Shown: piece after piece, positions 1-11,344 of the stretch
How the letters are laid out: each line of letters begins with the position of its first letter
How positions within the stretch are numbered: position 1 is the stretch's first letter
The notes under the pieces: model-generated
The model's input: only the letters and a program-made list of their open reading frames with translations
Told to the model about the DNA's origin: nothing
Database searches by the model: none
Translations under genes and position numbers: made by a program
Source: an uncultured Thiobacillus sp.
GTDB taxonomy: Bacteria > Pseudomonadota > Gammaproteobacteria > Burkholderiales > Thiobacillaceae
Reading direction: 5' to 3'
DNA: 49,017 nucleotides
Assembly (NCBI GenBank): GCA_964462255.1
Contig: CAYWXO010000002.1
Span: 1 to 49,017, forward strand

Positions 1-1524
1 CCGCCTAAATTACAGCGAGACGAATTTGAAACCAGCGCTGCTTTTCAAGCTCGGCTCGTGCAAACACAGGCACGCTACGAAGTTCAAGTAGCTGACTACA
101 ACCGGCAAGTGGCCGACTATGAGCGTCAAGTCAAAAACCATTACGCCCAACTTGGGCCGCTGCCTGTTGAGCAACGCCAAAACGCCATTCGCACCGCCTT
201 CCTGAATAGTCACGCTGCCCCTCGGTTAAGCCAACTTCGCTATGACGCAGACACCCAATCCTTTTACGCCGACATCTCAAACGAGAATGGCGGCGACCTC
301 AAAAAATCCATCGCCCTGCGCGATATCCCTCCTGATCGCGCGCGTAGCCTGAAGCCGCAATTAGAAGCCGCCCAACCGGAAGTTCTTTTCCGCATCAACC
401 CGGATAACAGCCTGACTTGGGCCTCCATCACGCTGCACGCTGGCAATGAAAAACTCGCTGCTATACCGGTTAATACGGGTGAAAATTCAGCAAATGCAAA
501 TGCTCAGCGCGTAGAAGTGGCCATCAAAACATTGGACGTGGCAACGCCCAAATTCGACCTCCCTAAACCCATAGGCCTGCAAAAATCGACTTTCGCCATT
601 CAAGATGACGCCAACATTGCCGCCCAGCAAGCCGAAATAGATCGTATCAAACGCGAACGTGCTCGCGCCGAAGCCCGTGCTGCCGAAATGGCACGACTCG
701 AACAAGAGCTCATTCGCCTCAAACAAAGCGCACCAGCCGAATTCACTGATGATCTCTCACCACGACTCGCGCAAGCCAAAGCCGGCAAGCCGGATAAAAA
801 TCTGCATATTTTTGCCGTCGGTATCGGAGACTACGCTGACGTAGCCGATGTCCCTTACGCCGATCGCTCCGCCAAACTGTTTGCCGAATTGGCGCAAAAA
901 GTGCTCGGCGCGTCTGATGAAAATATCATTGTCCTGACCAACCAAGAAGCCACCAGCGGTCGTTTGCGTGGCCGCCTTCGCACTTTACTAGGGCATCTCA
1001 CCGAGCAAGATCGCCTTATTATTTATTTTGCCGGCCATGGTGCCCCCGCCCAGGATGGCAAGCAAGTGTTTTTACTCGCACAAGACAGTGTGGTAGGCAG
1101 CTATGAAGAACCAGATTTACAGTTAAATGCGCTCTATCGCCAAGTCAGCCAAAGTGGCGTCGGCCAAGCGCAATTATTCATCGACGCCTGCTTTTCCGGC
1201 CGCAGCAGTAATGACGAAATGCTGTTTAAAGGTATGGGCGGCGTCACCATCGTGCCCAAACATGGTGTCCACGCCGATAGCCGCATGACGGTAATCACCG
1301 CCGGCCGCGCGCATCAATTTTCCAACTGGCAGGAAAAGAAAGGACATCGTTTGTTTGGTTATCACTTAATGCACGCCCTGCTTGATGGTGGTACGCAAGT
1401 ATCTGCGGACAAATTGCACGGCATGATAAAGCAAAAGGTGTTAGCGGATTCTTTGCGTATCAGCCCGCAGAACAAACAAGAACCGGAATTGCTTGGCAAT
1501 GCCAGCGCGGTGTTAAAGCCTTAA
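1..1524 (+). CDS. Caspase-like (peptidase C14) domain protein, 5'-partial
   Basis: The frame is open from base 1 to the stop at 1522-1524, so the N-terminus lies outside the window. The C-terminal half carries a caspase His/Cys dyad context (IIYFAGHGA ... LFIDACFSGRS). It is preceded by a charged coiled-coil stretch (RIKRERARAEARAAEMARLEQELIRLKQ). Confidence 0.75.
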   Translation, partial: PPKLQRDEFETSAAFQARLVQTQARYEVQVADYNRQVADYERQVKNHYAQLGPLPVEQRQNAIRTAFLNSHAAPRLSQLRYDADTQSFYADISNENGGDLKKSIALRDIPPDRARSLKPQLEAAQPEVLFRINPDNSLTWASITLHAGNEKLAAIPVNTGENSANANAQRVEVAIKTLDVATPKFDLPKPIGLQKSTFAIQDDANIAAQQAEIDRIKRERARAEARAAEMARLEQELIRLKQSAPAEFTDDLSPRLAQAKAGKPDKNLHIFAVGIGDYADVADVPYADRSAKLFAELAQKVLGASDENIIVLTNQEATSGRLRGRLRTLLGHLTEQDRLIIYFAGHGAPAQDGKQVFLLAQDSVVGSYEEPDLQLNALYRQVSQSGVGQAQLFIDACFSGRSSNDEMLFKGMGGVTIVPKHGVHADSRMTVITAGRAHQFSNWQEKKGHRLFGYHLMHALLDGGTQVSADKLHGMIKQKVLADSLRISPQNKQEPELLGNASAVLKP

Positions 1525-1530
1525 TTTATA

Positions 1531-1549
1531 GTCACCCGTTCTAGGTGAC
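1531..1549 (+). terminator. Possible weak terminator hairpin after the caspase-like gene
   Basis: GTCACC-cgttcta-GGTGAC inverted repeat 7 nt after the stop, followed by a short T-containing tract (gttttcc). The stem is short and there is no strong U-run. Confidence 0.3.
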
Positions 1550-1859
1550 GGAAAGTTTTCCGCAACGGGTTTTGCTGTGCTGCTCGCATGATTGACCTTC
1601 GAACGTGCAATAGTTGGCACTGCGTTGCGTTGGTGCCGCCTCGGCGATAAGTGTGAAACCAGCCTTGCCGGCTGCTCATGCGATATTCAAAAAAGACACA
1701 TTCCAATACCAGCAAGCTAGGTTTGGCAGAAATTGTGGGAACAAATGCCCGGCGTGGCGCTCAACGGTAGCCCGATAACGATAGATTTTATTTTTCAGCC
1801 TGCTAGGCAGCGCTTGGTTAGCGCTAAGTGTGTCGTTTCAATACTAAGGATTTCAACGC

Positions 1860-2192
1860 ATGCAGCAATGGATATTTCTTTCGGTGGCTATTGTTAGCGA
1901 AGTCATTGCAACATCGGCACTGAAAGCATCAGAAGGGTTTTCTCGCTTGTGGCCATCGCTTATTGTTGTCGTAGGTTACCTATTCGCTTTCTACTTTTTA
2001 TCGCTCACTCTCAAAACAATTCCCATTGGTGTGGCTTATGCCATTTGGTCTGGCGTCGGGGTTGCGCTTATCGCACTGATCGCATGGGTGTTGTTTGGGC
2101 AAGCACTGGATACACCCGCAATCATTGGTATTTTATTAATTGTTGCTGGCGTGATCGTCCTCAACGTATTTTCCAAGACCGCTTCCCACTGA
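1860..2192 (+). CDS. emrE: SMR-family multidrug efflux protein (EmrE/Qac-like)
   Basis: 110 aa with four hydrophobic segments and a membrane-embedded Glu in TM1 (VSEVIATS). The motifs [17 protein letters not shown] and PAIIG are collinear with E. coli EmrE, which is also 110 aa. Confidence 0.9.
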   Translation: MQQWIFLSVAIVSEVIATSALKASEGFSRLWPSLIVVVGYLFAFYFLSLTLKTIPIGVAYAIWSGVGVALIALIAWVLFGQALDTPAIIGILLIVAGVIVLNVFSKTASH

Positions 2193-2207
2193 TAAGAAAA
2201 TTTTTTT

Positions 2208-3272
2208 ATGTTTACCTGCACAAAGAAAATCAAATTTAAATATATTATTTGCGGCCTTGTATTTAGCGCAAGCTTGGCAGGGTGTAATAGCACCCTCAAC
2301 AATAATTCGGGTAACTTGCTGAAGCCAATGCAGGAGAAACAAAATGAATACAGCGTGGAAGGGTATAACAAAAATACGGCTCTGTTAGTGGCGACTGTAG
2401 CAGATGCAGTATTCAGGAACGACTATGGAAAAAGTGGCTTTGCACGCGCGGGTGTCGAATATGATGGATATTTTGCGGGCAACGAAGGTTTGGTCGATTT
2501 GCAATTTGCCTACGGTCACCGGGGAAATATCAATGGAAATATGGATATTTTTATTTCCATACGCGGATCCAAAGAGAACATAGACTGGATTACAGACTTA
2601 CATTATCTTGCAGCCAAATACAATGAAAATATCGACAGTAAAATCACCGTCCACGCGGGTTTTATCAATAGCGCTAATTTTCTTGAGAAACAAGAAGGCA
2701 AAGCCAAAATAAGTTCTTTTTCTCTGCTTGACTTGATTAATCAGAATATCAGCGGCACGCGAAATGACAAATTTTTTATCACGGGCCATTCTTTAGGGGG
2801 TGCCGTTGCCACTCTTTATACCACTAAGTTGTTTGATAGAGGTTTAAGCCGCGAAAAAATGGTAACTTTCACCTATGGTGCGCCGCCGGTTAGCATGGAT
2901 GAAGGCATGACTAAAGAACGGATGAATTCGCTTGCATTAGCTGGCAAAGCGGAAGCCATTAAAGATATTGCTAAAACAACCTTATTAGGTAATGAGAGCA
3001 AGGCCGTTAACTATTATATTGAACGATATTTCGATAAAGTGCAGATCTTCCGCATATATGACAGTAATGATATTGTTCCTAAATTGATTCCGCCAGCTCG
3101 GCACTTGGGCACGCCTGTGATGTACCAGAGCAAAATTTCAGCGAAAGAATTACTCGATAAAAATAAGCATCTGCAACTTCATTTGATGAATAACTATTTT
3201 AATTTGATACAGAACACGCAACCGCTGGACCCTGCCACAAAGACTGGCGGATTAATTGATTTGGTTTTCTAA
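2208..3272 (+). CDS. Class-3 lipase family lipoprotein
   Basis: N-terminal signal with a lipobox (SASLAGC). It has the GHSLGG nucleophile elbow and downstream candidate Asp (SNDIVP) and His (LHLMNNY) triad residues. Composition is AT-rich relative to neighbours. Confidence 0.75.
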   Translation: MFTCTKKIKFKYIICGLVFSASLAGCNSTLNNNSGNLLKPMQEKQNEYSVEGYNKNTALLVATVADAVFRNDYGKSGFARAGVEYDGYFAGNEGLVDLQFAYGHRGNINGNMDIFISIRGSKENIDWITDLHYLAAKYNENIDSKITVHAGFINSANFLEKQEGKAKISSFSLLDLINQNISGTRNDKFFITGHSLGGAVATLYTTKLFDRGLSREKMVTFTYGAPPVSMDEGMTKERMNSLALAGKAEAIKDIAKTTLLGNESKAVNYYIERYFDKVQIFRIYDSNDIVPKLIPPARHLGTPVMYQSKISAKELLDKNKHLQLHLMNNYFNLIQNTQPLDPATKTGGLIDLVF

Positions 3273-3385
3273 CGTAAGCGTAGTAAAATAGGAGGGTGCA
3301 TACACAAGCATTAAATTTTTTTGTTTACGTTGTGTTTTACATTATGGTTTTTTTAATTTTATTAAGTGTTTTTTAGGAGAATTTC

Positions 3386-3892
3386 ATGGGTTTATTTGAT
3401 ATGTTCAAAGGCGATAGCGAGGAAATGACACCTCATTTTGCATTTGCGGCTTCTTTGTTATATATGATGGGCGCTGATGGTGAATTTGATACTGAAGAAA
3501 TTGGTCATTTGTTATCCGTGTTAGGCGGTTCAAATGAAGGTGGTTCCATTGGTGTTGGAGCAAACAATAAAGCGTTGCTGGATCGTGCCACTAAATATGT
3601 TCGTAAAAACAATTTAGATACCTTCCTGGCTGAAATTACACCTATTTTATCCGATGCACAAAAAATGTGCATGTTGATCAATTTGATTGACTCTTCCTTA
3701 TCTGATGGTCAAGCAGAACCTGAGGAACAAGCCATGTTTGGCAAGATTATGACTGCATTTGGCATTTCTGAAGATCGTTTCAAACCCTTCTTTGAAGTCA
3801 TTGTGTTGAAAAATGATCGTTCTGTCTTTACCAATCAAAATCACCCTAAAAATCAGGATGGTTATAAAGTCAAATTAGATATTACTAAGTAA
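3386..3892 (+). CDS. TerB-like (tellurite-resistance TerB fold) small protein
   Basis: 168 aa with two copies of the acidic TerB-type motif (MMGADGEFDTEEIGHL and SSLSDGQAEPEEQAMF). An AGGAG RBS lies upstream. The assignment rests on motif recognition only. Confidence 0.55.
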   Translation: MGLFDMFKGDSEEMTPHFAFAASLLYMMGADGEFDTEEIGHLLSVLGGSNEGGSIGVGANNKALLDRATKYVRKNNLDTFLAEITPILSDAQKMCMLINLIDSSLSDGQAEPEEQAMFGKIMTAFGISEDRFKPFFEVIVLKNDRSVFTNQNHPKNQDGYKVKLDITK

Positions 3893-3921
3893 TATATCTA
3901 AAACTTAGTATCAGCCTCACA

Positions 3922-3942
3922 GCGCCTGCTTTCTGCAGGCGC
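3922..3942. terminator. Hairpin between convergent genes (possible bidirectional terminator)
   Basis: GCGCCTGC-tttct-GCAGGCGC, an 8-bp perfect stem between the TerB-like gene (+) and the 3946..4884 gene (-). The U-tracts are weak. Confidence 0.4.
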
Positions 3943-3945
3943 AAT

Positions 3946-4884
3946 TCAAAACCAAAATGGTCCATCTTTACTTAAGAATTCATCGTAGCGCATGTAGTGC
4001 GTACCATCGCAAGAAAATGTCAGGCTAACCATGCCGTTGAATAGGTTGATGGATGACATGCGCAAATAAATATTTTCGTCGGCCATGCGAAGTGAACGCA
4101 AATTAGCCAGTATGCGCGCAACGTCCGGCAAAGGGATCAGTGCCTCTTCTGGGTACGGTTGCGGCGGATAAACTAGGCAAATATCGGTATCACTCAACGT
4201 TTCTTGATCAAGGATACGATAGCGAAACGGGTCATCAAGCGTCCAAATTGTGACTTGACTGCTGGAAAAGTGAATCTGACACTGAAACACGCCACGCTGA
4301 GTCAAGAGTTCTTCCAAGATAGAAAGTGCTTGATCTAAATGTTGATCCATCGGGCTTTCAATGCGGCATTGCAAAAAAACACAACTCCGAATAGCCGGGT
4401 CTCCTTTAATTTGTCGCCAGTGGCCGGGTTCTTCATACAACGTTGAAGAAACAGGCAAATTGCGTAAATCAAAATCTGCGCCAACGTAACCCAGCACTTG
4501 TCCATTTTCCGCCCGCACAATCTGCAGCGCGGTCAGCGAAGGCCGACTTTTAGATAAACTGATGTAGGCATCTGATAGCAAAAATCCCCACGCTGGCACA
4601 ACCTCTTTCATGTAAGGCCGCTGTGAACGGTCACGCCCTGCGAAGCCTGCCATGAGCCCGGCTTCGCCGAAGGTATCTGATATTTGCACCCCCTCAGTAT
4701 TGACGCAGTAAAGATAAGTGCAGAACGGAATGTTATCGAAGCCAGACTGCAATACCGTGTTTAACGCCTCGCGACAATCCCATTCAGGCGCGCACTGCTC
4801 AGCCAGGCAGGTGAGCGGTTCGTGCAACATGCGGGCCAATTGTTCGCGCTGCTGATAAATGTTGTCTTTCCATGAACTCTGCAT
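3946..4884 (-). CDS. Hypothetical cytoplasmic protein with a Cache/PDC-like sensor region
   Basis: Long ORF. I prefer the ATG at 4884 (MQSSWKD), which has an AAGGAAA RBS about 7 nt upstream, over the TTG at 4944 used in the track. It has no signal peptide. The stretch GRDRSQRPYMKEV...LSDAYISL...GYVGADFDL resembles Cache/PDC ligand-binding domains. No output domain is recognisable. Confidence 0.55.
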   Translation of the reverse strand: MQSSWKDNIYQQREQLARMLHEPLTCLAEQCAPEWDCREALNTVLQSGFDNIPFCTYLYCVNTEGVQISDTFGEAGLMAGFAGRDRSQRPYMKEVVPAWGFLLSDAYISLSKSRPSLTALQIVRAENGQVLGYVGADFDLRNLPVSSTLYEEPGHWRQIKGDPAIRSCVFLQCRIESPMDQHLDQALSILEELLTQRGVFQCQIHFSSSQVTIWTLDDPFRYRILDQETLSDTDICLVYPPQPYPEEALIPLPDVARILANLRSLRMADENIYLRMSSINLFNGMVSLTFSCDGTHYMRYDEFLSKDGPFWF

Positions 4885-4901
4885 AACGATGATTTCCTTT
4901 T

Positions 4902-4922
4902 GACTTTGACTTTGACTTTGAC
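4902..4922. repeat. Hexanucleotide tandem repeat (GACTTT) x3.5
   Basis: gactttgactttgactttgac read directly. It lies 18-38 nt upstream of the preferred ATG of the 3946..4884 gene. If the upstream TTG were used it would encode QSQSQSQ. Confidence 0.9.
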
Positions 4923-4948
4923 GTAGCAAAGTTAACGTTATCAAATTA

Positions 4949-4972
4949 GCGTAACCGTGCGGTGGGTTACGC
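4949..4972. repeat. REP-like hairpin (GCGTAACC / GGTTACGC)
   Basis: GCGTAACC-gtgcggtg-GGTTACGC, an 8-bp perfect stem in an intergenic region. Its arms are related to the hairpin at 47996..48033. Confidence 0.5.
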
Positions 4973-5224
4973 CATAAAATTTTCTGAACAATTTGGCTTT
5001 GAGAATATCAATGCTCCATTTTCTCGCTCCTCTACAACAAGTGTGCGATGACTTGCAGCGCGATAGCGCCGAATTCGTTGCCTATTTTCGCTGGGTTGCA
5101 ATCTATTTTTCCGTCGATAATCAACTCTCTTGACCACACTCACTTCTTTGCCCTCCTCACCTCTCTATCCATCGCATTTCTTTTAAAAAAGGGTTTCATT
5201 TTGTTCTCCTCTATTTCGCATCAG

Positions 5225-5791
5225 ATGCCGTCTTTAGCAGCGATTCTGCTGGTGGCTACGCCTGTTTTTTTCGCAAGCGTGCAGGCTAACGAGTTCAAGG
5301 TAGGAGATCGTTTACCCGCCAAAAGTGCGCCCAATAACGCTTATAAAACCCTAACCTGGGATGATTTGTTGCCGAAAGGTTGGGATCCGATGGCGGGCTT
5401 CAAAGACCTCAATTTGGCCAAAATGGATGATGCTGATCCGCGTGCCACGGAAGCGTTGGAAAAGATACGCTTGGCTTGGAATGTAGCCCCCGCTAATCCT
5501 GCCATTAACGGCAAGAATATCCGTATTCCCGGTTTCATCGTCTCGCTTGATGGCGGCCCCAATGAACTACGCGAATTTCTGCTAGTGCCTTATTTTGGTG
5601 CCTGCATTCATGTGCCCCCGCCGCCCGCTAATCAGGTTATCCATGTCATGCCCAATAAACCGGTGAAAGGCGTCAAAAACATGGAAGCTGTTTGGGTGAC
5701 CGGCAAAATTAGTATAGGAATGTCAGATTCAGAAATGGGTCATTCGAGCTATCGTATGCAAGCCGTTAGCGTGACCCCTTATAAAAAGTAA
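5225..5791 (+). CDS. DUF3299 domain protein (secreted)
   Basis: The LVPYFGACIHVPPPPANQVIHV motif is typical of DUF3299. Starting at the ATG at 5225 gives a clean signal peptide (MPSLAAILLVATPVFFASVQA). The track start at 5048 adds 59 implausible residues. Confidence 0.7.
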   Translation: MPSLAAILLVATPVFFASVQANEFKVGDRLPAKSAPNNAYKTLTWDDLLPKGWDPMAGFKDLNLAKMDDADPRATEALEKIRLAWNVAPANPAINGKNIRIPGFIVSLDGGPNELREFLLVPYFGACIHVPPPPANQVIHVMPNKPVKGVKNMEAVWVTGKISIGMSDSEMGHSSYRMQAVSVTPYKK

Positions 5792-5920
5792 ACAAGCCCT
5801 GTCAAATTCGGCGATTTTAAATCTTTCTCGTTTTTTACCCGCTTTATTTGCTAATCCATGCCGCATTTGCCTGCTGAGAGGATACGATTCGCTCCTTTTT
5901 AAGCCTGATACGGTGACGCA

Positions 5921-8701
5921 ATGAATTGGTTAAGCAATCTGCTAAAAAAACCCAGCACAAATTCTGCCGCACAAACCAGTGTAGCTTTGGCTCAGGTGCA
6001 GCCGACGAGCGATGAAACTGCTCAATTACGGCGTTCACTCACGGCTGCCCTCACCCAGGAAGAACGTCAGCAACTTGTTACACGCCTTGCCCATTCCCTT
6101 GCAGAGCGTCTGCAAGCGCCCCTCGCGGAGGATGCCGCTGACATTTGGGCCAGCACAATCTGCAAAATTTCCGATAAAGCGCTGGCCTTAATTTGGGTTG
6201 AGAAATTATCCGACGAGGCCGCCCTCAGTGAAATTGCCACGCAAGCACGTAGCGCTGAAGTGCGTTACGCAGCAGCCAAGCGCATCACTTCCACCAACGT
6301 GCTTGAACACGTTGCTCAACTTGCCCGCAATAAAGATAAACGGGTGGCTCACCATTGCGCAGAGTTGTTAAAACAACATCGACACGCCGAAGCCGATGCA
6401 CGTCGCGCAAGCGAAATTCACGCTGACTTGCAACGCTTACTCGCCAGCCCGCCTTTGCCGCATACCCCACTGCTTGATCTGAAGAATGCTTTGAGCGCCC
6501 TAAACCATGCAGGAGAAACCGGTGCGCAATGCAATACTTTGCTGCAACAGGCTCTTGCCCAATTGCGGCAAGAATCGGAAGCGCTGCGCGATCTGCAATT
6601 GCAGGTGAAAGCAGCACAGGCACTAGCAAGCCTCTGTCAGCACGCTGCTTGGCCTTGGCATGCAACGATGACCGATTGGCAGCAGCAGTTTTCTGCCTTA
6701 CAACACGCGCACACTGAGCGCCCTGCTTGGTTGACTAAACTGCCCATCGCAAGCACCTTGAGCACTGCGCTGGCTGAAATAGCGCATTGTTTGCAAAGCA
6801 TGGCGGAACAAGATGCGCTCATGCAAAGTTGTGTCGCCTTTCTTTCTGCTCAGGAAGCCGCATCCCTTAACGACCTTCCGCTTGATGAAGCGGTGTTTTC
6901 AACTTGGCAAGCGCTGGCCAAACCCACGCAAGCTGCCGCATTGGCTGAGTTACAGGCGCGTTGGCAAGCACTCAATATACATGCGCCAACATTAGCCATT
7001 TCAGCCGTGAGTTTGCCTAATGAAGTAGAAACTGTAGCGCCTGAGGTGCCCATTATTGCGCCCGTCGCGACTACCAAGCCGCCAAAACGCGAGCGTAAGC
7101 CGTTTGATTCGGCGGCCTTTATGCTGTTGTTAGATTCTTTAGAACAAAATATTTCTGAAGGTCATTTAATTGCTGCTGATGCCAATGCAAAGCAAATCAA
7201 AAATCAACTTGGCAATAACAGTTTGCCCACTGCGCTCCATTCGCGTTTACATGATTTGCAAGCGCAATTGGAAACTTTACGCGGCTGGGCACGCTGGGGC
7301 ACGCAACAAGCGCGCGATAAATTAATCGCCGATGCGCAAGCTCTCTTGAAAGAAAATCAAGAGGTAAATGAGCTTGTCGATGCTATTCCCAAGTTACGCG
7401 AGGCATGGAAACGGTTAAATGTGCATAGCGCTGCCAGCAAGGAGCAATGGGAAATTTTTGATGCGGCGCTAGAACAAGCCTACATCCCCGTTGCCGCGCT
7501 GCGGGCTGAACAAGCCGTCCAGCATAATCTGGCTTGTGCTGCCAAAACGGCTTTGTGTACGCAGTGGGAAGCGGAATGGGAAGCGCATGCCGCCAATATA
7601 GCCAATGAAAATGCCGATTTTAAAGTCATTGAGCACTTACGTTCCGAATGGATCAAGCAATGGCAAGCGGCAGCCCACGCCAGTTTTCGTGACGAGCGCT
7701 TACTCCGCAAACGTTTTGATAGTTTGATTGATCTTATTGACCAGCATTTAACGGCGGTGCGCAAATCTGAATATCGTCGCCGGCTGGACTTGATTGCACG
7801 CGCAGAAGCGCTAAAGGAACAATCAGATTTACGTTTAGCGGTCGCGGAAGTCAAAGCGCTACAACAGCAATGGACGCAACAAAGTCATGCTATTCACCTT
7901 AAACGAAGTGAAGAACAAAAACTGTGGACACGCTATCGCGCTGCTTGTAATGCGGTTTTTGAACGGCTCAATGAACAACGTTCCGCACAATCCAATGAAC
8001 GCTTAGGCCAGCTGCAAGCACGGCAAGCCCTGTTGGACAACTTTTCCAGCCGCTTGGATGACGCAGCCCTCCGTTCTGATATACCTGAGATTCAAACGCT
8101 TCGAACCGCGCTCAGCGAGTTTAAAAAGGAGTGGGAGTCAGCGCGCATTGTTCCACGTGAAACAGATGACAAGTTAGAAGCTAAGGCGCGTGAACTCATG
8201 CAACGCGCACAGCAGCGAATCAATTCTTTTCATAATGAAAAGCAACATGCGCAATTCAAGCTGCTCGTTGAAAAGGCCACTTTGATCGAGAAAATTGAAG
8301 CCGCTGCTCAGGCCGCCTTACCCCTCGAAGCGGTGCTAGCTGAAACGCAACAAGCCTGGGACGCGTTGCCGGCATTACCCAGCAAGATGGAAAGTCTGTT
8401 GGCTAAACGTTATGCGGCAGCTAGCCAAATCACACCACAGCAATGGCAAACTGGCCATGCGGCGCGTGCGGCGCTTTTACTGGATTTGGAAATTGCTTTG
8501 GGCCTTCCTTCACCAGAAAGCTTTGCTGAAGTTCGTCGTTTACGCCAGTTAGATCGGTTGCAAAATCGCTTTGCTGCTGCGGTACAACATGCAACTCAAC
8601 CCGAGGAAGAAGTAGTGAATTGGTTTGCGATCAGTGCTACGCCAGATGCGGCGTTTGATCAACGTATCAAGACGGTCATTAATCAAATCATTATTGTCTG
8701 A
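5921..8701 (+). CDS. DUF349 repeat protein (large, alpha-helical)
   Basis: 926 aa, Ala/Gln/Leu-rich, with recurring DUF349-type helical repeats (e.g. WKRLN...EQWEIFDAALEQAY; EQKLWTRYRAACNAVFERLNEQR; EFKKEWESA). Confidence 0.7.
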   Translation: MNWLSNLLKKPSTNSAAQTSVALAQVQPTSDETAQLRRSLTAALTQEERQQLVTRLAHSLAERLQAPLAEDAADIWASTICKISDKALALIWVEKLSDEAALSEIATQARSAEVRYAAAKRITSTNVLEHVAQLARNKDKRVAHHCAELLKQHRHAEADARRASEIHADLQRLLASPPLPHTPLLDLKNALSALNHAGETGAQCNTLLQQALAQLRQESEALRDLQLQVKAAQALASLCQHAAWPWHATMTDWQQQFSALQHAHTERPAWLTKLPIASTLSTALAEIAHCLQSMAEQDALMQSCVAFLSAQEAASLNDLPLDEAVFSTWQALAKPTQAAALAELQARWQALNIHAPTLAISAVSLPNEVETVAPEVPIIAPVATTKPPKRERKPFDSAAFMLLLDSLEQNISEGHLIAADANAKQIKNQLGNNSLPTALHSRLHDLQAQLETLRGWARWGTQQARDKLIADAQALLKENQEVNELVDAIPKLREAWKRLNVHSAASKEQWEIFDAALEQAYIPVAALRAEQAVQHNLACAAKTALCTQWEAEWEAHAANIANENADFKVIEHLRSEWIKQWQAAAHASFRDERLLRKRFDSLIDLIDQHLTAVRKSEYRRRLDLIARAEALKEQSDLRLAVAEVKALQQQWTQQSHAIHLKRSEEQKLWTRYRAACNAVFERLNEQRSAQSNERLGQLQARQALLDNFSSRLDDAALRSDIPEIQTLRTALSEFKKEWESARIVPRETDDKLEAKARELMQRAQQRINSFHNEKQHAQFKLLVEKATLIEKIEAAAQAALPLEAVLAETQQAWDALPALPSKMESLLAKRYAAASQITPQQWQTGHAARAALLLDLEIALGLPSPESFAEVRRLRQLDRLQNRFAAAVQHATQPEEEVVNWFAISATPDAAFDQRIKTVINQIIIV
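8149..8164. promoter_or_regulatory. parS: parS site (ParB binding), inside the DUF349 CDS
   Basis: TGTTCCACGTGAAACA matches the canonical parS consensus TGTTNCACGTGAAACA at every specified position. Confidence 0.8.
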
Positions 8702-8729
8702 GAATTAGTTTTTTCTTTTCTGCACGATA

Positions 8730-8771
8730 AAAAAAAGCGTTATCAATATGAATTTGATAACGCTTTTTTTA
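8730..8771. terminator. Bidirectional intrinsic terminator (DUF349 gene / gyrB)
   Basis: AAAAAAAA-GCGTTATCAA-tatgaat-TTGATAACGC-TTTTTTT. A perfect 10-bp stem is flanked by an A-run and a T-run between convergent genes. Confidence 0.85.
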
Positions 8772-8810
8772 TGACGTTATTTGCGAAGTTATTTACCGCT
8801 TTTTTGCTGC

Positions 8811-11303
<2,493 letters not shown>

Positions 11304-11344
11304 TTATGATGATTGATATTGATCGGGTTTAACAAAATGTACGG

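Noticed and set aside
1525-1859. Possible guanidine riboswitch in the 335-nt leader upstream of the SMR (EmrE-like) gene
   Set aside because: SMR genes are often controlled by guanidine-I/II/III riboswitches, so I looked for them. I could not find the ykkC core (CUAGGGUUCCG...GGUCCGAGAG...ACGG.GGGA). I also found no pair of ACGR-loop hairpins (mini-ykkC) and no ykkC-III CCGGACGAGG pseudoknot motif. Only short generic hairpins are present. A covariance-model scan (Rfam RF00442, RF01068, RF01763) would settle it.
5048-5224. 59-residue N-terminal extension of the DUF3299 protein, as given in the ORF track
   Set aside because: The extension has no homology signal and would bury the obvious signal peptide that starts at the ATG at 5225.
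6285-7854. Several 60-126-aa minus-strand ORFs inside the DUF349 gene, and similar plus-strand ORFs inside gyrB (9214-10431)
   Set aside because: All are antisense to long, well-supported CDSs, have Arg/Ser/Ala-rich low-complexity translations, and lack RBSs.
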